A stretch of 64,000 bases of DNA. Origin: Tepidisphaeraceae bacterium. Lineage in GTDB: Bacteria; Planctomycetota; Phycisphaerae; Tepidisphaerales; Tepidisphaeraceae. The stretch is taken from assembly GCA_036490535.1 (NCBI GenBank), contig DASXDR010000030.1, forward strand, positions 15,467 to 79,466, written 5' to 3'. This document shows positions 35,850 to 44,388 of this stretch, piece by piece. Position numbers and translations under genes: made by a program. Each line of letters begins with the position of its first letter. Positions within the stretch are counted from its first letter, which is position 1. Below the pieces are notes generated by a model. The model made no database searches and was not told the DNA's origin. It was given only the letters and a program-made list of their open reading frames with translations.

Positions 35850-37736
35850 TCAATCTCCAACGTGCAAGGTAACGGTCTGCTGCCGAGGCGTGCGCCCAAG
35901 CGGAATCGTCACTACTATCCGCCCCTGGCTGAGCGGCGCCGTGCCATCTTTCACATACTGATCATAAGGCAACACAGGCCAATCCAGCGAAGCGCCGGCT
36001 GGAATAGTTACGCTCCAGCCATCCAGCGAAAACGTGCTGGGAGTAGCGGCAGATAAATGGACCGGTGTCTTGCCCAGCGTGCCATGCTTTTGAGCTTCCC
36101 ATCGCCACCTGGCTGCTAATTTTGGCATTAATGTTAAATGCGCGGCGATATCCAATGAACTGGAATTCAACAGGGCATAATGGATCTGTGCTGTGTTGGC
36201 ATTCTCGATCTTCACGCGCAGCGTGCAGTGCGCGTTGCCGTAATCGCCGGCCAAAGCCAACTGTTTCGGCAACAATTTCAAATCATTCGGCACGTGAATC
36301 AGCCCTTGGGGCTCGATAAATTTCGGATCGGTTTCGCCGGCATGATGCGACAGCAGATTGGTATCTCCCGCGGTGAAGGTACTCCAGAGCGGCGTGAGCT
36401 TGGAATTGCCGCCGCCAATGATCAAGCCCGTGGAATCGTGAAAAATGCTGAGGAAGTTTTGGCGATCCTGAATCCAGCGATCATCGTAAACTGGCGTGTG
36501 GTAGGCGCTGAGGCAAATGAACCAGGGCTTTTGCCTGAGCACCATGGCGTCGTTGTTGCCGAGGATGAATTGATGGTCGACGCTGGCGGGCGTTGAGCCG
36601 GTGGGTCCATCCTGGGCATACATGATAAATGCTGCCGCGTTATCAGGGCCGATTTCCTGATGGTGCGATTGTTTCAGCTCATATTGCTGCAAAATATATG
36701 AGCGACCCAGAGCGCTGAAGCTGAAACTGGGGCCGGGCATTTCGATTTCGGAGTCGTAGGCATTGCGCTCATCGATGGTTTCGACGCGCCGGCCATCGGG
36801 ATAAGTGAAGTTTGCATGAAACAGCACACCCCGTTTTAGTGCCGGCAGGGCAAGCGGATCATGCGACATCGCGTAATACGCCCCGAGCGTTTCCATATAG
36901 ACAAAATTATAGTTCACCACCGGCCCGAGGTTTTCCGTCCAGAATCCGCCTGGGTCCTGGGCGGCGATCAGCTTGTGCAGATAGCTCGTGGCAGCATTGG
37001 TCCAATCGTCGCGATGGAAGATTTTACCGGCAAGCCACATGGCCATGGCATCGTGGCCGGGGATGTTTTCGATGAAATGTTTATCACCATGCAAACCCTT
37101 TTTCGCCAGCCCGCTAAAGCCGAGCTGCAATCCTTTGGCCCATTTGTCGCGCTGGTCCGCGGGCATCGCCTCTTTGATTAATGCAAAAGCGCGAATCCAT
37201 CGCGAATAGGTCCAGGGCATGTAGATATCGCCCCATTCGCTGCCGTCTTTGGTGCGGAAGACCCATTGGCCGTCGGGCTTTTGCTGGCTGATTAGAAAAT
37301 CGCCGCCACGGATGATGGCAGTGAGGACTTTCGGGTCGTGATAAAACTTGTTGCCAGGGTAATGTTGAGACCAGGCGACGGATAAGAGGAAGATCGGATT
37401 TTGCTCGGTGATGACGACGGGCCCTTTGCCCCAGCGGCCAGTGGATTGGTTTTGTGTCGCCAGAATTTCCGGCACGGCTTTTTCGAGCACGGGCCAGAAC
37501 ATTTGGCGAAAATCGGAATTCGCAGCTAAGGCGCTGCGCGGGATCAGAAAAAGAAAGAATGCAACCACAGAGACACAGAGGCACAGAGGCCAACTTGGGA
37601 TTCCTGCTGCAGGGGCGAATGGAATTATCTTAAAAGATTTTTTTGAATGGCGCCGATTCGCCGCGTGGCTTGCCCAAACCAAGTGCGCCTCTGTGTGTCT
37701 GTGCCTCTGTGGTTGCATCGCTTTCTTTCCGATCAT
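35850..37736 (-). CDS. Secreted or membrane-anchored hypothetical protein, possibly an (alpha/alpha)-toroid polysaccharide-acting enzyme
   Basis: 628-aa ORF. Hydrophobic VVAFFLFLIPRSALA segment, then Trp/Tyr-rich helical repeats and a beta-rich C-terminus. The first about 56 codons are encoded by the palindrome 37563-37714, so the start (ATG 37736 or GTG 37568) is ambiguous. Confidence 0.6.
   Translation of the reverse strand: MIGKKAMQPQRHRHTEAHLVWASHAANRRHSKKSFKIIPFAPAAGIPSWPLCLCVSVVAFFLFLIPRSALAANSDFRQMFWPVLEKAVPEILATQNQSTGRWGKGPVVITEQNPIFLLSVAWSQHYPGNKFYHDPKVLTAIIRGGDFLISQQKPDGQWVFRTKDGSEWGDIYMPWTYSRWIRAFALIKEAMPADQRDKWAKGLQLGFSGLAKKGLHGDKHFIENIPGHDAMAMWLAGKIFHRDDWTNAATSYLHKLIAAQDPGGFWTENLGPVVNYNFVYMETLGAYYAMSHDPLALPALKRGVLFHANFTYPDGRRVETIDERNAYDSEIEMPGPSFSFSALGRSYILQQYELKQSHHQEIGPDNAAAFIMYAQDGPTGSTPASVDHQFILGNNDAMVLRQKPWFICLSAYHTPVYDDRWIQDRQNFLSIFHDSTGLIIGGGNSKLTPLWSTFTAGDTNLLSHHAGETDPKFIEPQGLIHVPNDLKLLPKQLALAGDYGNAHCTLRVKIENANTAQIHYALLNSSSLDIAAHLTLMPKLAARWRWEAQKHGTLGKTPVHLSAATPSTFSLDGWSVTIPAGASLDWPVLPYDQYVKDGTAPLSQGRIVVTIPLGRTPRQQTVTLHVGD
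37563..37714. repeat. AACCAC...GTGGTT-clamped periodic-word palindrome (copy A4, word CACAGAG)
   Basis: AACCACAGAGACACAGAGGCACAGAGGC ... GCCTCTGTGTGTCTGTGCCTCTGTGGTT, with nested stems (GGCGAAT/ATTCGCC) in the 96-nt spacer. Confidence 0.85.
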
Positions 37737-38965
37737 CGCTTTTGATTAAACCAATTCACCACGCGCGTGATTGCTCGCACAAACGTGTCTAATTCCTCGG
37801 GTCCATACGCCTGGTGAATCTGCAAATTCACGCAGGTTCGCAGAATCTCCTCGGCGTTCGGACACAATCCGGTGTAATATTTCCGCTCGATGAAGGGATG
37901 CGCAGCGTGCGCGAAGGCGGAATGATTCAGGAAAAGCGGATATTCATAGATAGGCTTGGCAATATAATGCGCAGACGCGGGCAACCCTTCTGCCTTGAGA
38001 GCTGCGGCAAATTCGCTGGCGTCCGCGCCCAATTCCGGAAGCACGCGCATTAGATAAAACCAGTAAGAATGCTCGCATCCGGGGGTAGGAGTGGGAAGCG
38101 ATAAGCCACGACACTCTTGAAGACGCTGTGTTAATTGCGAGCACCACGCATGGTGCCGAGCGACAATATTGTTGATTTTCCGGGTCTGCGCAAGCGCCAC
38201 GGCTCCCTGCAATTCGGTCATGCGGTAATTATTCGCCAGAAATTCCGGCGATCGCGATACACCAGGCTCGCGGCTGTAGGCCTTATCTGTTGCCAGGCGC
38301 AGGCGGCGCGCGAACTCCGCATTGTTGGTCACGACGATACCGCCATCACCACAACTGACGTGCTTGAACTCATTGAAACTGTAACAGCCACAGGCTCCAA
38401 AATGCCCGACTGCTTTGCCGTGGTATTTTGTTCCGTGGGCCTGGGCGCAGTCTTCGATGAGGGTCAGTTGTTTCTTTGCGGCAATTGCCGTCAGCGCATC
38501 CATATCACATGCATTGCCGGCCAACTGCACTGCGATGATGGCGCGGGTTTTTGTCGTTAGATTTTTCTCGACCGATTCAGGCAATAGCGTGCCGGACTTC
38601 AAATCCAAATCCGCAAAGACTGGAATCGCCCCCTGATACAGGATCGGCACGATGCTCCCCATATCGGTGATGGGTGGAACGATGACCTCATCGCCCGGCG
38701 AAATGCCGGCGGAAATTAGCGCAGCATGAATGCCAGCCGTTCCGCTCGAAGTGGCCACGCCATGCGAGAATCCGAGCTGAGCTGCGAACTCCGCTTCGAA
38801 CTGCTTGACCTTCTTGCCTTGGGCGTAAAACAGCGTGCCCTGTTCGAGTGCTGATTGCACTTCGCGCAATTCGTCAGGCCCATAACGATTTGGAGGAACA
38901 AATGGTGTGGTTCGTATCGGAGTGCCACCTGCGATGGCAGGTTTTTCTAAATCAGCCGCTTGCAT
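37733..38965 (-). CDS. DegT/DnrJ/EryC1/StrS-family PLP-dependent aminotransferase
   Basis: 410 aa. GVATSSGTAGIHAAL, DEVIVPP and the PLP-lysine region YSFNEFKHVSCGDGG. Confidence 0.85.
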   Translation of the reverse strand: MQAADLEKPAIAGGTPIRTTPFVPPNRYGPDELREVQSALEQGTLFYAQGKKVKQFEAEFAAQLGFSHGVATSSGTAGIHAALISAGISPGDEVIVPPITDMGSIVPILYQGAIPVFADLDLKSGTLLPESVEKNLTTKTRAIIAVQLAGNACDMDALTAIAAKKQLTLIEDCAQAHGTKYHGKAVGHFGACGCYSFNEFKHVSCGDGGIVVTNNAEFARRLRLATDKAYSREPGVSRSPEFLANNYRMTELQGAVALAQTRKINNIVARHHAWCSQLTQRLQECRGLSLPTPTPGCEHSYWFYLMRVLPELGADASEFAAALKAEGLPASAHYIAKPIYEYPLFLNHSAFAHAAHPFIERKYYTGLCPNAEEILRTCVNLQIHQAYGPEELDTFVRAITRVVNWFNQKR

Positions 38966-39105
38966 GCAGGGAGAATAATATGGATTCCCTTTTTTATCTG
39001 CGCTGCGAGGAAGCGATCTTGGCTCTGAGCTTAGAGTTTCTAAAAATAGTCGCCGGGGCGTCTCGCTGGCGTGTCCAAAAGATTATGCCCTGCCATTCTT
39101 GTAGG

Positions 39106-39129
39106 GGCGGCTTCAGCCGCCGTTTTTTT
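39106..39129 (+). terminator. Rho-independent terminator on the plus strand with no annotated upstream gene
   Basis: GGCGGC TTCA GCCGCC followed by G and T7. Confidence 0.55.
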
Positions 39130-39174
39130 ATTTGGCAGCCGACGCCGCCCGACACGGGTCATTTGGACAGGGCA

Positions 39175-39217
39175 GCGTCTCGCCCATGATTTATTTAATT
39201 CGACATGGGCGAGACGC
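39175..39217. repeat. 14-bp perfect hairpin GCGTCTCGCCCATG / CATGGGCGAGACGC
   Basis: Perfect inverted repeat with a 15-nt AT-rich loop in the DegT/TM2 intergenic region. Confidence 0.8.
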
Positions 39218-39357
39218 CCATGCTACGCGAAAAGAAAACTATCTGTAGATTTAGAAGCTGTTAGTTTTATCTTCAGAGTTCGCAGTTATTGGTTTTGCCT
39301 TGCCAATGGTTATCAGTAATATGCTGGTGATTAACGGGCTGGCAAGGAAACAAAACG

Positions 39358-39654
39358 ATGAGCCAAATTCCCCCGCCAATACCGCCGTACTTTGTCCCGC
39401 CTCCGCAGGATGCGAATTCCAAAAAGATCGCCGCGGGCGTGTGCGGCATACTTCTGGGCAGCCTGGGCATCCACAAGTTTATTCTTGGCTATACCGATGC
39501 TGGCTTGATCATGTTGCTGGTAACTCTTCTCAGCTGCGGGATCGCCGCGCCTGTCATGCACATCATCGGGCTGATCGAGGGAATCATCTATCTGACTAAA
39601 AGTGATGAGGAGTTTTATCACACGTATATTCTGAATCGGAAGCCGTGGTTTTAG
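39358..39654 (+). CDS. TM2 domain-containing membrane protein
   Basis: 98 aa. KKIAAGVCGILLGSLGIHKFILGY...GLIEGIIYL matches the TM2 domain pattern. Confidence 0.8.
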   Translation: MSQIPPPIPPYFVPPPQDANSKKIAAGVCGILLGSLGIHKFILGYTDAGLIMLLVTLLSCGIAAPVMHIIGLIEGIIYLTKSDEEFYHTYILNRKPWF

Positions 39655-39675
39655 GCCAGATCGCTCCGAATGCAA

Positions 39676-39705
39676 TCCCGTAGGATGGGCAGTGCCCGCC
39701 CTACG
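39676..39705. repeat. Hairpin CCCGTAGG...CCTACGGG between convergent genes
   Basis: 8-bp outer stem enclosing GGGCAGTGCCCG. No T-run. Confidence 0.6.
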
Positions 39706-39772
39706 GGAATAAAGCCATCCCCGCATAATTACGAACGTCTCTTCTTCTTGCCCGAGCTCGGTCCAAACCATC

Positions 39773-40324
39773 TCATTTCAGGAGCGATTGTACTTTTGGT
39801 GCACTGATCACTTCATCATATGCTTCATAGATTACGTTATTCATTGCTCGCTGAAAGTTTTCGATCCCACCGAACTTCTGCATGTGCTTCTTTTGAATGT
39901 TGACGGTTTCGGTCGCCAGTTCTTTTTGGGACGCCGCGTCAACAAAGTGACAGGTAAGATCCAGATACCAATCCACGGAATAGCCCAGATCATCGCATTT
40001 GAATCGCGTAATCTGACAGTTGATAAGAATCGCAGGAGTTGTGGAGAAATATCCACTGCGATCCAACTCCTGCATGAACGCGCGTTTTACATAATCACTG
40101 ATATTACTGTCGATATGTATGGCTGTAACTGCCGTATTTTCAATTTGGTCTTGCGCTACTTTCCTGTTGGCAGGGGTATAGGCGAACGTGCCCGCATTCA
40201 CCGCAGCCTTCCCCCGCGGAAGGCTTTGAGTCGTATACATCATAGAGAACGGTTTCGTCTCTGCGCAGCCGAGGACACCGATAGCGCAGATCAGAAGCAA
40301 GGAGAATTGAAATACGGTCTTCAT
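39773..40324 (-). CDS. Lipoprotein, function unknown
   Basis: I place the start at the ATG at 40324 after GAGG. MKTVFQFSLLLICAIGVLGC is a lipobox signal peptide. GC looks lower than the flanks by eye. Confidence 0.65.
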   Translation of the reverse strand: MKTVFQFSLLLICAIGVLGCAETKPFSMMYTTQSLPRGKAAVNAGTFAYTPANRKVAQDQIENTAVTAIHIDSNISDYVKRAFMQELDRSGYFSTTPAILINCQITRFKCDDLGYSVDWYLDLTCHFVDAASQKELATETVNIQKKHMQKFGGIENFQRAMNNVIYEAYDEVISAPKVQSLLK

Positions 40325-40723
40325 AGTATACCTCGTTAAAAAACTCCATGAGCATTTGGTTCTTCGCGGAGCGTATAGCCAAGATCTAATTTCGGATAAT
40401 TGACAATCGGAATTAGACTTTTCGGACGGCGCGAAGCTTCGGGTGAAAATCGGTGCGACTTTTGTAACGAATTGACCGATCAGCCCATCACTCTTCTTCC
40501 GAGGCACCGCCAAGCCCGTGTTTCCAACATGCACTTCGACTTTTGCGAAGTATCTCAAGGCTCAATACGAAGTCAACTTAATCCAACCCGGAAAATCTAA
40601 CGAGAAATTCTAAGGGGCAGGGTGCAATACCATTCGGCGCGGAGGAGCGGAAAGGGTTTGGGAACGGAAAGGGGGTCGGGAATTCTTTGCTAATCAACTC
40701 CCCTTCGTCGAATACTTTTCACG

Positions 40724-42013
40724 TCACGCCGATCCTCCCATCACCTCACTCCACACATGCCGCACCGCCTTCGCGATGTAATCTGCATCCTCATCGCTGT
40801 ACATCGACCCAATGGGTAGGGCGACCACGCGATGCACTATTGACTCCGTCTTCGGAAAATCTTCCTTGCGATACCCCTTCGCCGGCCATTCTGAAAATTC
40901 CTTGAACGGCGACGCCCCCGGCGAATGGGCCAATCCCGTCGTGCAATATTCACGGGCGTAGTGGCAATAGCTGCCGGTGGTTTTGCGGCAATTGACGTTC
41001 AACGCATCGAGCTTGGCGCGGAGTTCATCGGCCTTCTCGATATTCGGCATGATGATGTACATCTCCAGGGCGGTATCGCCGGACGGGTCGGGGTTGCGGC
41101 GCATTTTTAAGCCCGGCAAATCCTGGATGCCAGCGATGATTTTTTCCTGCATGCGGCGGCAGTGGGCTTTGAGGCGGTCGAACTTGCGGAGTTGGGCGAG
41201 CATCACGGCGGCCTGGAGCTCGGTCATGCGGAATTGGTCGCCTGCGAACATGGGTTCGCTGGGTGTGATAAATTGGTTGTGGAACGGGCGGACCTGGCCG
41301 ATGTCATGCATGCGGACGGAGCGCTCGTAGAGTTTGGGATCATTGGTGACGACCATGCCGCCTTCGCCGCAGGTGATGTATTTGTTGTATTGAAAACTGA
41401 ACGTGGCGACATCACCGAAGGTGCCGAGATATTGGCCTTTGAACATCGCACCGCAGCTCTGGGCGACGTCTTCGAGGATTTTTATTCCGGCTGCGCGTGC
41501 TTCGGGCACCAGTTTGTCCATCTCCGAAGCGACGCCCTGGTAATGCATGATCAATACCGCTTTGGTGCGAGGCGTCTTTAGGCGCGTGATCTCGCCGGGG
41601 GCGAGGTTGAATGTATCGTTGATTTCCGCCAGCACCGGCCGCGCGCCCATGCGGACGATAGCCGTCCAACATGAAATCCATCCCCAAGCGGGCAAGATCA
41701 CCTCATCGCCCGGGCCAATTCCCAGCGCTGCGAATGCGGTCTCCAGCGCTGCGGTCCCACTCGTCACTGCCAGCGCATATTGGCTACCCATTTTTTCGCG
41801 AAACTCTTTCTCCAGCGTGGCGGCCATCGTGGGCGGATTTTTCGGATCGACACTGTAATACCGGAAGAGGCTCTTGCTCCGCAGCACCTGGAGCACCAGC
41901 TCTTCTTCTTCCCTGCCAATCCAATTTGCTCCCAGATTCGTCTGCGGCCGAGGTCGGAGGGCAAACGGCACTTTTACCTGATCCATCACGGTCATAGACA
42001 CCTCTTTTACCAC
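40724..42013 (-). CDS. DegT/DnrJ/EryC1/StrS-family PLP-dependent aminotransferase (second paralog)
   Basis: 429 aa. ALAVTSGTAALETAF, DEVILPA and the PLP-lysine region FSFQYNKYITCGEGG. Confidence 0.85.
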   Translation of the reverse strand: MVKEVSMTVMDQVKVPFALRPRPQTNLGANWIGREEEELVLQVLRSKSLFRYYSVDPKNPPTMAATLEKEFREKMGSQYALAVTSGTAALETAFAALGIGPGDEVILPAWGWISCWTAIVRMGARPVLAEINDTFNLAPGEITRLKTPRTKAVLIMHYQGVASEMDKLVPEARAAGIKILEDVAQSCGAMFKGQYLGTFGDVATFSFQYNKYITCGEGGMVVTNDPKLYERSVRMHDIGQVRPFHNQFITPSEPMFAGDQFRMTELQAAVMLAQLRKFDRLKAHCRRMQEKIIAGIQDLPGLKMRRNPDPSGDTALEMYIIMPNIEKADELRAKLDALNVNCRKTTGSYCHYAREYCTTGLAHSPGASPFKEFSEWPAKGYRKEDFPKTESIVHRVVALPIGSMYSDEDADYIAKAVRHVWSEVMGGSA

Positions 42014-42218
42014 TTTTAATGAATGTAGGCATCGCCACGACTAATTTCACTGACGTTTTGTGCCGTGAAATTCCATTTCATATTAAAAAATGCTTGCAAA
42101 AAGGCCGATAATAAGCGTATAATGCACTACAAACCGCGAATATTACATAACGCGGGTGTAAGCACCGACGCTAAGTGTTTAGTGAGCGGTGGTTTGAGTG
42201 TTTTTTGGAGGCTAGGCC

Positions 42219-42869
42219 ATTTCTACCAATTTCCGCCACAACGAGCAGATTCGCATTTCTCCGGTCTTTCTGATCGACGAAAACGATAATAAAGTAGGTT
42301 CGACACCGACAGGCGAAGCCCTCCGCCGCGCGCGTGAGATGGGCATGGATCTGGTTGAGGTCGCTCCCACCGCTCGTCCTCCCGTTTGCCGCATCATGGA
42401 CTATGGTAAGTGGCGGTATCAGCAGCAGAAAAAAGAAGATAAGGCTCGCGCCAGTGCCCGGGCTGGCCAGCTCAAGGAATTGAAATTCAAGACCGTTAAG
42501 ATTGGCGATCATGATCTGATGATCAAGGTCAATCACGCCAAGGAATTTCTCCGAGAGGGGAACAAGGTTCAGTTCACGCTCCAGTTCCGTGGCCGCGAGA
42601 TGGCCCACATTGAGCTGGGTCGCGACATTTTCAAGAAGATCAAGGATGAGCTCTGGGCTCATTCCAAGATTGAGCGCGACGCCAAGATGGAAGGCCGGCG
42701 CATGACCATGGTCTTGCAGCCCGACAATAAACCTGTTGGCGCCAAGAAACCCGAAGTCGGCGGGAAAGCCCCTGCTTCCAACATGGTTGGCGAACGGCTC
42801 AATATCCCAGCGCGCCCGGTTGCTCCGGCGCCCGCGGTCCCAGCAACGCCGGTTACGAGCTCCACCTGA
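42219..42869 (+). CDS. infC: Translation initiation factor IF-3, ATT start codon
   Basis: The conserved N-terminus (I)STNFRHNEQIRISPVFLIDENDNKVG... is in frame with the listed ORF, and a TAG lies at 42213-42215. The only start-like codon is ATT at 42219, 7 nt after GGAGG. A C-terminal Pro/Ala-rich tail is present. Confidence 0.88.
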   Translation: MSTNFRHNEQIRISPVFLIDENDNKVGSTPTGEALRRAREMGMDLVEVAPTARPPVCRIMDYGKWRYQQQKKEDKARASARAGQLKELKFKTVKIGDHDLMIKVNHAKEFLREGNKVQFTLQFRGREMAHIELGRDIFKKIKDELWAHSKIERDAKMEGRRMTMVLQPDNKPVGAKKPEVGGKAPASNMVGERLNIPARPVAPAPAVPATPVTSST

Positions 42870-42893
42870 AATTAATCTGGTTTAAATAAAACT

Positions 42894-42925
42894 GCGTGGT
42901 CGCTTTTCGCGGCCACGCTTTTTTA
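42894..42925 (+). terminator. Rho-independent terminator of infC
   Basis: GCGTGGTCGC TTTT CGCGGCCACGC followed by TTTTTT. Confidence 0.8.
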
Positions 42926-43480
42926 TTGCGCACGATTCATGCCTGCTCCCTGTGCGAATCACTGCTTGCGTGCATGATCTTTAAGCAGGCATGCGCGCTC
43001 CCTTATACGGAAAATGCGTGAAAACACCCGCATTTGCTGATCGGCACACATCTTGCTCAGGCCCTAAGCATATATGTGGCAGAAGTGAAACTGGGGTCGT
43101 GAAATCAACCGTTTGCAACCGATGATTTAATCGCGCTCGTAACGCCTTAACATCCGGCGTGCATGCTTGATTTTGTACTGATTTCAACCTGGCAAAATTA
43201 CTTTTGGAAATATTCGATGTTTGATTACAACCCAATGAGTTCGATGTTGATGTACAAAGCTTTATCCGTGGGAATAGAGCCGGAAAAGCCTGCTCCGCCG
43301 GAACTTCCGAAGCGGCGATTTAATGGTCTGATTAAAATATCGAAACAAACGCTTCGAATCAGAATGGAAACTTTGATGCCGGTCTTTCGTAGCAGCTTTT
43401 CGTCAATCGCAATCAAATGCAGACAGCTCAAGCTCTTCGCCACGCGTTCATCGCTGCCTGAATAATGACGGCACGCGATT

Positions 43481-43507
43481 GTCCCGGCTCAAGGGCCGGG
43501 GCTAAAC
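43481..43507. repeat. Solitary inverted copy of the GTTTAGCCCCGGCCCTTGAGC.GGGAC repeat
   Basis: The reverse complement is 26/27 identical to 19107-19133. Confidence 0.75.
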
Positions 43508-43540
43508 GAAGAGTGGGCGTACGCGCTATTTTGAAATGGA

Positions 43541-43900
43541 TTAATGTCCGTTCAGGAATTTCACCGCTTCATCCTGCGTGGGCTTGATGGTGAGCACTTT
43601 ATCAAGCCGGGTGATGCGGATGAGCTCCATCAGCTTCGGACCTACGCCGGCCAGCACCAGCTTGCTGTGAGGCAGCGCCGAAAGCTTTTTGTTCATGGTC
43701 AACACGATGCCTATGGCCTGGGACGAGAGGTATTGCACGCGCTCGAAATCCAGCACTACCTTGCGATGATCTTCCGCATCGACGAGTTTATATAGACTCT
43801 CGGCGATCTCCTGCAATTCGACTGGATCCATCAGCGACGCGGTGCGCAGCTCCACAACAGTTGCTTTCTCAATCTGTTGCACGATGAAGTGTGAGTTCAT
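43541..43900 (-). CDS. STAS-domain protein (anti-sigma-factor antagonist type)
   Basis: 119 aa. SpoIIAA-like pattern ...VVLDFERVQYLSSQAIGIVLTMNKKL... with a candidate phospho-Ser. Confidence 0.8.
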   Translation of the reverse strand: MNSHFIVQQIEKATVVELRTASLMDPVELQEIAESLYKLVDAEDHRKVVLDFERVQYLSSQAIGIVLTMNKKLSALPHSKLVLAGVGPKLMELIRITRLDKVLTIKPTQDEAVKFLNGH

Positions 43901-44253
43901 GTGTGTAAGCAGGCGATTGCATCCTGCTGAGTGGGTTTGAGATTGAGCACCTTATCCAGACGGGTGATGCGGACAATATCCATGAGCCGGGGGCCGATGC
44001 CGCAGAGGATTAACTCCGCTTCAGCGATTTCGGACAGCTTTTTCTTCAGGGTGAGAATCATGTTAATGGCGCGGCTGGACATGTATTCCACGGTGGTGAA
44101 ATCGATCACCAGCTTGCGCTTATTCTGCGTATCGACTTGAAGAGAGAGCGCTTCGGAAATCGCCTCGATATCATTGGATTCCATCAGAGCGACAGAGTGG
44201 ATGGCCACAACGGTGGCGGGGCCGACTTGCTGAATGGTAAAAAGCGAGTTCAT
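43897..44253 (-). CDS. STAS-domain protein (anti-sigma-factor antagonist type), tandem paralog
   Basis: Start at the ATG at 44253 (MNSLFTIQQVGPATVV...). 4-bp overlap with the downstream paralog. ...LVIDFTTVEYMSSRAINMILTLKKKL... Confidence 0.8.
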   Translation of the reverse strand: MNSLFTIQQVGPATVVAIHSVALMESNDIEAISEALSLQVDTQNKRKLVIDFTTVEYMSSRAINMILTLKKKLSEIAEAELILCGIGPRLMDIVRITRLDKVLNLKPTQQDAIACLHT

Positions 44254-44388
44254 AGCACTGGAAAGGCTGCGAAAGTTAAATTTAGCTGAGGCATAGTGGA
44301 TTTGCAACAAAGATGACTTTGAGGTGATATAAGTGCAATAGCGTTCGATTCGAAACCGATAGTCATGTTTTTAAGGGAAAGGGTTTGC

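Noticed and set aside
43163-43465. A 100-aa plus-strand ORF in the AT-rich gap after infC.
   Set aside because: Its codon usage is unlike the neighbours, it overlaps a minus-strand ORF of similar quality, and it has no motif. I left it unannotated and reported the region as a finding instead.
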